In this document: piece by piece, positions 1 to 9,012 of the stretch
Layout: each line of letters opens with the position of its first letter
Numbering within the stretch: the stretch's first letter is position 1
From: Pseudomonadota bacterium
GTDB lineage: Bacteria > Bdellovibrionota > FAC87 > UBA2466
NCBI GenBank assembly: GCA_043767805.1
Contig: JAYUGC010000091.1
Coordinates: 1,467-65,466 of the forward strand
Direction of reading: 5' to 3'
Length of the DNA stretch: 64,000 bases
The notes under the pieces: model-generated
Told to the model about the DNA's origin: nothing
Database searches by the model: none
The model's input: only the letters and a program-made list of their open reading frames with translations
Position numbers and translations under genes: made by a program

Positions 1-1
1 A

Positions 2-256
2 ATCAGTTGGACCGTGAAGGGAAAAACCCAAACCCATCTGTTGCCCGGCTATTACGACAACGAGTACACGGCGAAGGCGGCGGCCAAGGCATTACTCAAG
101 GCCCGAGGGGTCGAGGTAACCGACTTCAAAGTGTCCGATGTTGGCTCGGTTTTCCAAATCGTCGTGGAAGACATGAAGGAGCCCTGCCGCGTGAGCCGAG
201 AAGGAATTCCCCAATCTCCTCGTATCGAAGGCACGATCAGGTCATTAACACACTAG
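2..256 (+). CDS. hypothetical protein, C-terminal fragment (frame open to left window edge)
   Basis: Frame is open from nt 2 to TAG at 254-256 (listed ORF starts at GTG 14). No recognisable motif. The tail overlaps the convergent gene end by 20 nt. Confidence 0.3.
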   Translation: MSWTVKGKTQTHLLPGYYDNEYTAKAAAKALLKARGVEVTDFKVSDVGSVFQIVVEDMKEPCRVSREGIPQSPRIEGTIRSLTH

Positions 257-1532
257 CGCCGAGCGCATCGGGTCCGAGAAGCGGCACGGGCAGGCTTTTC
301 GGCGCGACCTCTAGCACTCGCGGGCGAATGTTTTCGATGAAGTTCGCGATGGGCAGAGAATCCCCGTACATACCGGCGAACGCGTTCGCCCAGCTCGGAT
401 TCTCTTTGAGCGCTCCCATGAAGCGCAAATCGTCTTCGGTCGCGGCGGCCATCTTCGCTTGCCGGCCCACCCACTGATAATAGTCGTTCAAGTCGGCTTC
501 CCGCCGGCGGCCGTAGCTAGCTCTGGTAATGCTTTCCGCCTCTCGGCCAAGCATCGCGGTGAGCGTTTCCGCGGCAAGCTCCGCGTCCCGAAAGGCGTGG
601 GTCATGCCGATGGCCGTGCACTGATCTTTCGTGCAAGCCGCATCGCCGACGAGCATCCAGCCGGGCCCCGCAGGCTTTCGCTTGAACGCTTTCTGATCGA
701 CGACGCCGTAAAGCTTTTCTTCCTGCTTGGCCGTGCGCAGCGCTTCCCCGTAGCCGGGGTTCACGAAAGCCGCCGCCCGCAGGTAATTCTCCTGAATGTT
801 TTTCTTAAAAAGCGGCGCCCATTCTTTCGGGCCAAACACGAGCGTCATGTTCGCGTTGTAGTTGGTCGGCACTATGACGAGCGCCAGTCTCCCGCGCTTT
901 TCCATCTTCGCCGCCGGCACTTTGAATCCGCTGAAGTAAGTCCAATAGGCGAACGTGCACTCGGCATCAATCGCCGAGACTTCCGCCTGCACCCATTTGG
1001 CTACCGAGGAATTTCGCCCATCCGCGCCAACTACGTAGCGAGCCCGCTCTTCGACCGTAGTCCCGTCGGCAAGCTTCGCGCGAATGCCGACCACTCGGTC
1101 GTTCTCCCAGATCAGACCTTCCACCGGAAAGTTCGGCCGGAACTCGACACCGCACTCGACGGCAGCATCGACTAAAATCTTATCGAGCACGAGACGGCGG
1201 ACGGAAGCATACGTATTTATCGCACCATTGCCATCCCCATGGGCGCTGAGCAACCGATCGCGCACCGCTTCGACCGGCGTCTCGCACGAAAACTCGATGC
1301 CGTCTCTCGCGAAATCGACTCGCGTATCGGACGGCGTCTCCGCGAGCACCCGATCTAAAATTCCCCAACGGTTCAAGTAGGACATGCCCCGAGGCCAAAG
1401 GAAATGCGTCGAGAGAGTATCTGACGGAAAACTAGTGCGATCGACGACGAGGACTTTCGCGCCACGTTTGGCGAGATTGAGCGCGGTGGCCGATCCCGCG
1501 CAGCGTGCCCCGACTAGGATGACGTCGTACAC
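237..1532 (-). CDS. FAD-dependent oxidoreductase/monooxygenase (geranylgeranyl-reductase/aromatic-hydroxylase-like fold)
   Basis: 431 aa with N-terminal dinucleotide-binding motif VILVGARCAGSATALNLAKRG. GTG start directly abuts the stop of the upstream gene (1533). No WxWxIP halogenase motif seen. Confidence 0.75.
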   Translation of the reverse strand: MYDVILVGARCAGSATALNLAKRGAKVLVVDRTSFPSDTLSTHFLWPRGMSYLNRWGILDRVLAETPSDTRVDFARDGIEFSCETPVEAVRDRLLSAHGDGNGAINTYASVRRLVLDKILVDAAVECGVEFRPNFPVEGLIWENDRVVGIRAKLADGTTVEERARYVVGADGRNSSVAKWVQAEVSAIDAECTFAYWTYFSGFKVPAAKMEKRGRLALVIVPTNYNANMTLVFGPKEWAPLFKKNIQENYLRAAAFVNPGYGEALRTAKQEEKLYGVVDQKAFKRKPAGPGWMLVGDAACTKDQCTAIGMTHAFRDAELAAETLTAMLGREAESITRASYGRRREADLNDYYQWVGRQAKMAAATEDDLRFMGALKENPSWANAFAGMYGDSLPIANFIENIRPRVLEVAPKSLPVPLLGPDALGASVLMT

Positions 1533-4307
1533 TTAATCCACCTTGTCCGCGGTTTGGGGCACGGGAAGCTGTTTTCTATCGAGTTTGCCATTCGGGGTCA
1601 GAGGAAATTCCTTGAGGAACACGAAGTAGTCGGGAATCTGATATACGGCGAGCTTCTTCTCAAGCCGCAGCTTGAGTGCGCCACGATCTTGCGCGGGCCC
1701 CACGAAGTAGGCGACGAGGCAGGCCTCGGTGGGATGGGAGACGACCACGCAGTCTCCAGGCGCGCCCGAATCCCGCAGCACTCCCTCGACTTCAGCGGGC
1801 TCGATACGGTAGCCACGCACTTTGATTTGATGATCGAGACGGCCCACGATTTCGATATCGCCGTTTAGGTGATATCGGGCGCGGTCCCCGGTCTTGTAGA
1901 GCTTACGGCCTTCCAAAGTGATGAATCTCTGGGCCGTAAGCTGAGGCTGGCCGCGGTACCCGCGAGCGAGTCCCGCGCCGCCGATGTGAAGCTCTGCGCT
2001 CTCGCCGATAGGGACCGGCTTCAAGGACTCATCGAGGATTTGAATTTCGGTATTGTCGATGGGCCGGCCAACGGTGACTGCTTCCGTGGACTTATCCATT
2101 TCACCGGCCGTCGACCAAATCGTCGTCTCGGTGGGGCCGTAAAGATTCCAAAGCCGCACGCCGCGGTCCAAAAGATCTTTGCGTAAGCCGGGAGGCATGG
2201 CCTCTCCGCCACATAGCGCTTTGAATCCGGGCTTACCTTTCCAACCGCCGTCTAAAATCGAGCGCCAGGTAACGGGCGTGGTCTGGAGAATCGTCGCGCC
2301 GCTCTCTTCCACCGCTTTGGCCAAACGAACACCGTCAAAGACCACGGGCCGAGGCACGAGGATGAGCTTCGCGCCCATCATCCAGGTCAGGTACAAATCG
2401 AGGCCCGCGATGTCGAAGGAAAGCCCCGTCGGCGACAAAAGCACTTCTTTCTCGGTGAAGTCGAAGAGCCGCTGCATGCTGGATAGAAAATTGATGACCG
2501 GCTTGTGACTGACTTCCACGCCCTTCGGACGTCCCGTCGAGCCCGAGGTGTATAGCAGATACGCGAGGTTCTCAGGCCGCACGCCTGAATCGACCGAACT
2601 CGTCGGCAAAGCGCTCCAAGGCGCATCGGCTCTCGGAAACGGAATCGACTCTCCCGAAAATAGGTCCAAAGGCTCGGTCACGCTCTCGTGTACGAGGAGC
2701 ATCTTCGCTTTCGAATCGGTCACCATGTGCTCGAGCCGCTCGCGCGGGTACTGCGGATCGATGGGAACGTAGGCTGCGCCGGCTTTCAGTACGCCCAGCA
2801 CCGCGACCATGAGCTCCAAAGATCGCGGGATGTGTAGCCCGACTACATCCTCCGGCCCAACGCCGCGAGCTTTCAAATAATGGGCGAGCTGATTCGCCCG
2901 CGCTTCGAGCTCGGCGTAGGTGAGCTTCACGCCGTCTAAGTCGACGGCGACCGCATTGGGCACTCGATCGGCCTGTCTCTCGAATAACTGATGGAGGCAG
3001 ACCGTCTCGTCAAAGAGTCTGTGCGTTTCGTTCCAGGCCTTCAAAGGCAGCGGCGCGACTTCCATCTCATAGAGGCCGTTCTTCTCGAGAGCGCGTAAAA
3101 CGAGAAGATCTCGCTCTACTTGGTCCTTCTCGGGATAGACCAGCATTACAAACCCAGGGCAGGTGAAGAAATCGACTGTACGGCGCAGAGGGTAACCGGG
3201 CTTTGCCCGCATCCGCATTTCGTTGAAAGACGGTAAGGCTCGAATCACGGCTTCGCCAGGCACGCTCTTCACGATGCCTTCTTGCTCGGAAATTAAAGAC
3301 ACCGAGAGCGAGTACTGCTTCAGCACATAGGGCTTCGCGGCCTTACGATGGAAGGCTTCCGGGTCGACGTAGGCGTCGACGGTAAGATCGAGCTGGCCGT
3401 ACCCCACGCAAGCTTCATTGAGCTGAGGCGTGGTGATGCCGTTTAACCGCGTTCCCACTTCCACCAAGGCCGGCCCCCGGGGCGTCAGCATGATTTCCGC
3501 GTGTGAGGGCCCTTCGGTAATCTGAAGAGCGTCGAGGGCTTTGACGGCGTAATCGCGAAGCACGGTGCCTTCTTCGCTCGTCGCCTCGACGAGGCCGTCG
3601 CGGTCGTAAACGAAGTTGCGGCCGTTCACGCGAACTTTGTAATACTTCCAGATGGCCGTGCAGTGCGCTTTACCCGCGAGGCTCACCAAGTCCAAGGCGA
3701 ACTCGGGACCTTCCAAAAACTCTTGCGCGAGGACTTCTTCATTCAAAAGCCCAATCTGGTTTACTTTGCCGAGGATGCGATCGAAGGCGTCTCGAATCTC
3801 CGCCTCCCCGGTGCAAATGGCGACGCTGTCGGTGCCTGCGCTCTTTAAAGGCTTCAAGACCACTTTAGAAAAGCCGTGCTTAGCGGTCCACGCGAGAATG
3901 GTCTCGACGTCCGTCGACTTAATCTGCTCGGCGACGAGAAGACCCTTCGCCCGTACCGCCTCGATCATCTTGTACTTGTCCCGACGAGCGGCGCTGAGCT
4001 CAATGCCGTTCCCCGGAGTGCCTAGGCCATCGCTCAAGGCATCGGCAAGCTCGACGCCGGTTTCGGTACCCGCGACGACGCACACGGGATTAAAGAGCTT
4101 AAGGTTCGCAAGCAATTTCGGGAGATCCCCGTCGAAAGCAAAGTGCGCTTCGTAGTCCGCGGGGCGATAGGTAATATTGAGGAGCGCCCAAATCTCGGGC
4201 GTGCTTTGTACGTGAATCGAAGTGTAGCCCCGGCCCTTGAACTCGCCCGGAAGGAAATTTCCAGCGGAGTAGCCGTCGACAATGACCGCGTATTTTTTCT
4301 TGCTCAC
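1533..4307 (-). CDS. ATP-grasp (L-amino-acid-ligase-like) :: adenylation (AMP-binding) didomain protein without carrier domain
   Basis: 924 aa. Residues ~1-420 are ATP-grasp-like. The C-terminal half carries NRPS-type A-domain cores LAYLLYTSGSTGRPKGV (A3), YGPTETT (A5), YKTGDRARY (A7), GRLDHQIKVRGYRIEPAEVE (A8) and PLTPNGKLDRK (A10). The ORF ends 12 aa after A10. GTGA start/stop overlap with the MATE gene. Confidence 0.85.
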   Translation of the reverse strand: MSKKKYAVIVDGYSAGNFLPGEFKGRGYTSIHVQSTPEIWALLNITYRPADYEAHFAFDGDLPKLLANLKLFNPVCVVAGTETGVELADALSDGLGTPGNGIELSAARRDKYKMIEAVRAKGLLVAEQIKSTDVETILAWTAKHGFSKVVLKPLKSAGTDSVAICTGEAEIRDAFDRILGKVNQIGLLNEEVLAQEFLEGPEFALDLVSLAGKAHCTAIWKYYKVRVNGRNFVYDRDGLVEATSEEGTVLRDYAVKALDALQITEGPSHAEIMLTPRGPALVEVGTRLNGITTPQLNEACVGYGQLDLTVDAYVDPEAFHRKAAKPYVLKQYSLSVSLISEQEGIVKSVPGEAVIRALPSFNEMRMRAKPGYPLRRTVDFFTCPGFVMLVYPEKDQVERDLLVLRALEKNGLYEMEVAPLPLKAWNETHRLFDETVCLHQLFERQADRVPNAVAVDLDGVKLTYAELEARANQLAHYLKARGVGPEDVVGLHIPRSLELMVAVLGVLKAGAAYVPIDPQYPRERLEHMVTDSKAKMLLVHESVTEPLDLFSGESIPFPRADAPWSALPTSSVDSGVRPENLAYLLYTSGSTGRPKGVEVSHKPVINFLSSMQRLFDFTEKEVLLSPTGLSFDIAGLDLYLTWMMGAKLILVPRPVVFDGVRLAKAVEESGATILQTTPVTWRSILDGGWKGKPGFKALCGGEAMPPGLRKDLLDRGVRLWNLYGPTETTIWSTAGEMDKSTEAVTVGRPIDNTEIQILDESLKPVPIGESAELHIGGAGLARGYRGQPQLTAQRFITLEGRKLYKTGDRARYHLNGDIEIVGRLDHQIKVRGYRIEPAEVEGVLRDSGAPGDCVVVSHPTEACLVAYFVGPAQDRGALKLRLEKKLAVYQIPDYFVFLKEFPLTPNGKLDRKQLPVPQTADKVD

Positions 4308-5713
4308 GCTAAAGCCTCATTCACTTTCGTCCCTTGTACCCAGTTCCAGAGCACATAGGCGGCCACCGCGAAAATTCCGGCGGTAAGCCCTCCCCAGAAG
4401 CCCAGTACGCCGAGCCCGAGGGAGAAACAAAGGTAGTACCCGATCGGTAGCCCCAGAATCCAGTACCCCAGAAAATTTCCCACCATGGCGGCGCGGGTAT
4501 TGCCCAGGCCGCGCAAAGCCCCGCACCCGACGCTTTGAATGCCGTCCGCCACTTGAAAGACCGCGGCCAGCATCAAGAGCCGTCGCCCGAGCTCGATGAC
4601 GCCCGCGTCTTGGCTGAAAAGACCGACGATGGGCGCCCCTAGCGTGAACATAATCACCGCGAAGCAAGCCATGACGCTCGCGCCAAGCCCAATCGACGTC
4701 CAACCGGAGAGCCGCGCCTGAACGGGATTTCCTTCTCCTAACGCTTGGCCCACCAGCACCGCGGTGGAGGCGGCGATGCCGTAGGGAACCATGTAAGTGA
4801 GACCCGCGAGATTTAAGACGATGGTGTGGGCCGCAAGTGAAATCGCGCCCAAAGGGACGATGAGCGTCGTCGCGAGCGAAAAGACGCCTGACTCAAAGAG
4901 GAGTTGCCCGCCGGCGGGAAGGCCCACTTGGAGAAGCCGCTTCATTCCCCTGGTATCAAAGGCGAGCGAGGCTTTGCTGAGCCCCAGCTCGAGACGCTTA
5001 TCTCTATGAAGCGCATAGACCAGGATGACTGCCGCCATGAGCGTGCGGCTAATCGTCGTCGCCACGCCCGCCCCGGCCACCCCGAACGCTTTCGCGCCCA
5101 GATTCCCGAAGATGAGCACCCAGTTGAGATAGGCGTTCAAAGCGACGGCGACGATGGTGATCACCGTTCCCGCATGCACGTTGCTCATGGCCTGCAGGTA
5201 CTGACGAAACGAGATGAAAACGAGAAAGGGGAGAAGACTCCAGCTCAACGTGCTCAAGAAGGCTCGCGCCGGCACGGCGATCGTGGGATCGAAGCCGAGA
5301 GCGGGAAGATTGCCCGCGACGATTTGAAGCAGGAGCACGAGCGGCAATCCCAGCAGAAAAGAGAGATAAACCGCCTGCACCAGCCAGTAGTGGCACTCCT
5401 TCACGTCTTTGCGGCCGTAGGCATGGGATACGAGGTAATCGAGCCCAAAAAGCGTACCGGCGCTAAACAGCGTGAAAACGTAAAAGAGAGCGGAGCCCAG
5501 GCCCGCGCCGCCGATGGCCTCGGGGCCGAGCTTTCCCAGCATGTACGTATCGATGAGGATCATCACCATCTGCCCGACCTGGCCGAGAGCGAGCGGGGTG
5601 GCCATGGCGATAGTCTTCGGCAGCTGACCTTTTACCGCGCGAGACCATTCTGAGTACGTCACAGCAGAACGTCTTAGCAGAGAGTTTGGTGCCGTGCGAA
5701 AAAACAGTTCCAA
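4304..5713 (-). CDS. MATE family efflux transporter
   Basis: 469-aa polytopic hydrophobic protein with MATE/NorM-like N-terminus (PKTIAMATPLALGQVGQMVMILIDTYMLGKLG). Start uncertain: TTG 5713, GTG 5662 or ATG 5605. Confidence 0.85.
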   Translation of the reverse strand: MELFFRTAPNSLLRRSAVTYSEWSRAVKGQLPKTIAMATPLALGQVGQMVMILIDTYMLGKLGPEAIGGAGLGSALFYVFTLFSAGTLFGLDYLVSHAYGRKDVKECHYWLVQAVYLSFLLGLPLVLLLQIVAGNLPALGFDPTIAVPARAFLSTLSWSLLPFLVFISFRQYLQAMSNVHAGTVITIVAVALNAYLNWVLIFGNLGAKAFGVAGAGVATTISRTLMAAVILVYALHRDKRLELGLSKASLAFDTRGMKRLLQVGLPAGGQLLFESGVFSLATTLIVPLGAISLAAHTIVLNLAGLTYMVPYGIAASTAVLVGQALGEGNPVQARLSGWTSIGLGASVMACFAVIMFTLGAPIVGLFSQDAGVIELGRRLLMLAAVFQVADGIQSVGCGALRGLGNTRAAMVGNFLGYWILGLPIGYYLCFSLGLGVLGFWGGLTAGIFAVAAYVLWNWVQGTKVNEALA

Positions 5714-5769
5714 AGGCTAAACGACTCGGCTTATATGCTGGGCTCGCTCCCAACCCTCTAGGTGGTGCC

Positions 5770-6549
5770 ATGAACCCGGGCCTTTCCAAAAAAACTAAGT
5801 TGATTCTCGGGTCGGTGCTGGTCACCTATCTCATTCTGATGGCGGTGAAGGCTTGGGTACCCGAGACCGCTCCGGTCATCGGAATTCTCATCTGGCTCCA
5901 AGAGATCGGCCTGAACTTGGGCGCTCTCTATTTAGTCTCCCTTCACCTGCGCAAGAAGGATCCCGCCGATACCGCTTTTGATAGATGCGCTTATCAATGT
6001 CTCGCGGCTTCCCTGGTCTTTACACTGACGGCCTCTACCACCTACCAAATCCTCTCTCGCGGGTTTGGCTGGACGCTTGAAAAAGCGATGGGCACGCCGG
6101 TCGAACTAGCCATCAACATTCCCTACATGTCTTTCTTCGCGTTCGGCTTGGTCGCTCTTTGGCGCGGGCACAACGGCTACGCCCCCAAAGCGAACAAAAC
6201 CGCGCTGCTTTCTCTCGTACTCTTCGTCATGACCGTTCTGGCGTTTCGCCACGGACTGGCCGCGACCGAGAACCCGCTTCAGAACCGCACCATCCATTGG
6301 ATGTGCTTCGCTTTGGAGTGCGCGATCCTTACGGTTGGCGTAATCAACGCCTTAGCTCCGCCGCTAAGCCTTCGGTTCGTGAGCCTAGCTTACGTCTGCA
6401 TCGCGGCTTCGGGTTATCTCTTTCAGATTTATGAAATCTACCCGACTATCCCCTATCTCGATTTCCCCATCGATGCGTCCTGGACGCTGGGACAACTGCT
6501 TCTCGTCTCGGGCTTGAGCCTCACTGGCTCGGAGAAACTCAGGGCATGA
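5770..6549 (+). CDS. polytopic membrane protein, unknown function
   Basis: ATG at 5770 inside the listed ORF avoids overlap with the divergent MATE gene. Several hydrophobic helices. ATGA overlap with the next gene. Confidence 0.5.
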   Translation: MNPGLSKKTKLILGSVLVTYLILMAVKAWVPETAPVIGILIWLQEIGLNLGALYLVSLHLRKKDPADTAFDRCAYQCLAASLVFTLTASTTYQILSRGFGWTLEKAMGTPVELAINIPYMSFFAFGLVALWRGHNGYAPKANKTALLSLVLFVMTVLAFRHGLAATENPLQNRTIHWMCFALECAILTVGVINALAPPLSLRFVSLAYVCIAASGYLFQIYEIYPTIPYLDFPIDASWTLGQLLLVSGLSLTGSEKLRA

Positions 6550-7916
6550 CCGGAAAGCCCGCCACCGAGACGAAACACCTCGCCATCGTCGGCGCCGGCC
6601 CGAAGGCCATCGCCATCGCGGCGAAGGCCTCCGTCTTGAAGCGGCTGGGCTTCAAAGTTCCGGACATCACCATTTTCGAGCGCGGCCACATCGCCCACCA
6701 TTGGCGAGCGGAGTCCGGTTTTACGAACGGCAAGCTCACTCTCGGTACCGGTCCCGACAAAGACGTCGGCTTTCCGTATTATTCTTTCTGCTGGGGCGAC
6801 GCCGCGAACCGCAAGATCAACTACCTCATTCAGGAGTTCTCCTGGCAGAACTACCTGATTGCAACTCACGAGTTCGGCGATTGGGTCGATCGCGGTAAGC
6901 CCGCCCCCACCCACCACCATTGGGCAAGATATCTCGAATGGGTCTTTAAGCGCGTCGAAAAGAACGTGACTCTCGTGCAAGCGAACCTAAGCGAGGCCGA
7001 GGTTCAGGGCGACCACTGGAAACTGACCTCCGTCGATAAGTCGGGACAGAAAACGGAGACCCTCGCCGATGGCCTCGTCTTCACCGGCCCGGGCGAGCCT
7101 CGCTTTTCGGGAGGCTCCCTTCCGGTCCACGAGCGCATTCTCCGCATGGAGACCTTTTGGCTGAGATACAAAGAATATACGTCGCTCGAAAAAGCGTCCG
7201 TCGCCCTGGTCGGCACGGGGGAGACGGCGGCGACGATCGCGGTGGCGATGGCGCAATCAAGCCCCAACGTGCGCGTCGACATCATCTCGCCCAGCGCAAT
7301 GGCCTACTCGCGCGGCGAAAGCTACGTCGAGAACCATATTTACACCGACCCGTTCCAGGGTAACTGGCTGCACCTCACGCGGGAGGACCGGCGCAATTTC
7401 ATCAACCGCACCGATCGCGGCGTTTTCTCCATCTCCACCAAGCAGGAGATGGACAGGCTTAAGAACATCGAAATCGTGCCGGGCCTTTTCACGGGCATCA
7501 CGGTGGACTCGCTCGATCAGCTGGTCGTGAACATCGCCTACAACTCAGGCTCCGAAACGCGGCTCTACGACATGCTCATTCTCTCGGTGGGCTTCGATCA
7601 CCTGGAGTTCGTCAAACGCGTGCTCACGAAAAAGGCACAAGACCATCTGGTCTCGAAGGCGGCCTTACCCGATCTCTCGACCCCCAACGTGGAAGACAAG
7701 ATTGATCGCTACCTAGCGGTCGACGGCATGCGGCCCTATTTGCATCTGCCCATGCTAGCGGGGATGAGCCAAGGGCCGGGCTTCGCCAACTTGAGCTGCC
7801 TCGGGAGATTGTCGGATCATATTTTGTCTCGTTACGTTCCTCCGCAATCGGCGCTCCTCGCCGAGCATCCCATTCTTAGGGGCGTGAACGATTTTTCGAG
7901 TCATGACGGGTTCTGA
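6546..7916 (+). CDS. FAD/NADPH-dependent amine N-hydroxylase-like protein (IucD/PvdA/SidA class; Spb38-like candidate)
   Basis: 456 aa. FAD motif AIVGAGPKAIAIAAKA (cf. IucD GVGTGPFNLSIAAL), second dinucleotide motif VALVGTGETAATIAVAMA, and a distal DMLILSVGF (cf. ATGY region). The spacing matches lysine/ornithine N-monooxygenases. Confidence 0.55.
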   Translation: MTGKPATETKHLAIVGAGPKAIAIAAKASVLKRLGFKVPDITIFERGHIAHHWRAESGFTNGKLTLGTGPDKDVGFPYYSFCWGDAANRKINYLIQEFSWQNYLIATHEFGDWVDRGKPAPTHHHWARYLEWVFKRVEKNVTLVQANLSEAEVQGDHWKLTSVDKSGQKTETLADGLVFTGPGEPRFSGGSLPVHERILRMETFWLRYKEYTSLEKASVALVGTGETAATIAVAMAQSSPNVRVDIISPSAMAYSRGESYVENHIYTDPFQGNWLHLTREDRRNFINRTDRGVFSISTKQEMDRLKNIEIVPGLFTGITVDSLDQLVVNIAYNSGSETRLYDMLILSVGFDHLEFVKRVLTKKAQDHLVSKAALPDLSTPNVEDKIDRYLAVDGMRPYLHLPMLAGMSQGPGFANLSCLGRLSDHILSRYVPPQSALLAEHPILRGVNDFSSHDGF

Positions 7917-9012
7917 CATCATCGTCCTCGGCGCGGGTGGCCTGGGAAGCGCCATTCTTCAACACCTAGCCAAGGCGGGAGCGAACGTTCTCGGCATCGA
8001 TCGCCATCATCCCCCTCACCGGCACGGCAGTAGCCACGGCAACACTCGGCTCATTCGCAAGGCTTACTTCGAGGATACGCGCTACATCCCGCTTCTCGAA
8101 CGCAGCTACGAATTGTGGCGAAACTTGGAGCAGGCGTCGGGAAAGACCCTTTACCGAGAGACCGGCCTCTTAATTCTGCGAGACACCGAAACGGGTTTTA
8201 CGGCAAAAGCGCTGGAGAACGCAAAAGCCAATAACGTCGAGATGGACCGGCTCGACGCTTCCGAGCTAAAAGCGCGCTTTCCTCAGTTCGAAGTGAGCCC
8301 GGACGTGCACGGGCTCTTTGAAAGACAGGCGGGCTACTTGAACGTCGAGGCTTCCGTCCAAGCCCATCTCGAGCAAGCCAAACGCTCGGGCGCCCACTTT
8401 GCCTTCAATGAGACGGTCCAATCGTGGAGCGTGCGCCACGGCAAAGTCACCGTCCGCACCGACAAGAAGAAGTACACCGCGAAACAGCTCGTTCTCGCTC
8501 CCGGCGCGTGGACCGCGGGCCTTCTTAAAGACTTCGGCATGTCTTTCACCGTGAGACGGGGCGTGCAGTTCTGGTTCGCGGGCCTTCCCAAGCACCAGAC
8601 TATTCCCTGCTTTGGCTTTGCGGTCGGAGACACTTTCATTTACGGCTTTCCGCAAATTCCGGGAGTAGGGCTAAAAGCCGCGGACTACGCGCCTTCCGAC
8701 GTCTTGAAAGTCCCCGAGGATCAAACCTCCGGCTTTCGGCCCGATGAGCTTTTGCCGGTGACCTCCCGGCTACAGAGATTTCTACCCGACGTAAGCCCCG
8801 TGCCGATTGCTTCGAGCCCTTGCCTCTATTCCATCACCCGGGACGAGAACTTCTTGATCGACCGCCACCCCGAGCACTCGGAAGTCTTTCTCGCGGCGGG
8901 AGATTCCGGCCATGCGTTTAAATTCGCGCCGGTCATCGGAGAGATGGTGACGGGGATGGCCCTGGGCTCGTCGCCCAAGTTTGATTTGAGCTTCTTGGCC
9001 TACCGAAGCTGA
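7903..9012 (+). CDS. monomeric sarcosine oxidase / N-methyltryptophan oxidase family FAD amine oxidase
   Basis: 369 aa. IIVLGAGGLGSAILQHLAKAG then HGSSHGNTRLIRKAYFED, typical of the MSOX/SolA family. 14-nt overlap with the upstream gene. Confidence 0.75.
   Translation: MTGSDIIVLGAGGLGSAILQHLAKAGANVLGIDRHHPPHRHGSSHGNTRLIRKAYFEDTRYIPLLERSYELWRNLEQASGKTLYRETGLLILRDTETGFTAKALENAKANNVEMDRLDASELKARFPQFEVSPDVHGLFERQAGYLNVEASVQAHLEQAKRSGAHFAFNETVQSWSVRHGKVTVRTDKKKYTAKQLVLAPGAWTAGLLKDFGMSFTVRRGVQFWFAGLPKHQTIPCFGFAVGDTFIYGFPQIPGVGLKAADYAPSDVLKVPEDQTSGFRPDELLPVTSRLQRFLPDVSPVPIASSPCLYSITRDENFLIDRHPEHSEVFLAAGDSGHAFKFAPVIGEMVTGMALGSSPKFDLSFLAYRS

Noticed and set aside
237-1532. Flavin-dependent halogenase call for the 431-aa flavoprotein.
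   Set aside because: Only the GxGxxG region is evident. I could not find the WxWxIP motif or the conserved Lys context, so the generic FAD oxidoreductase call stands.
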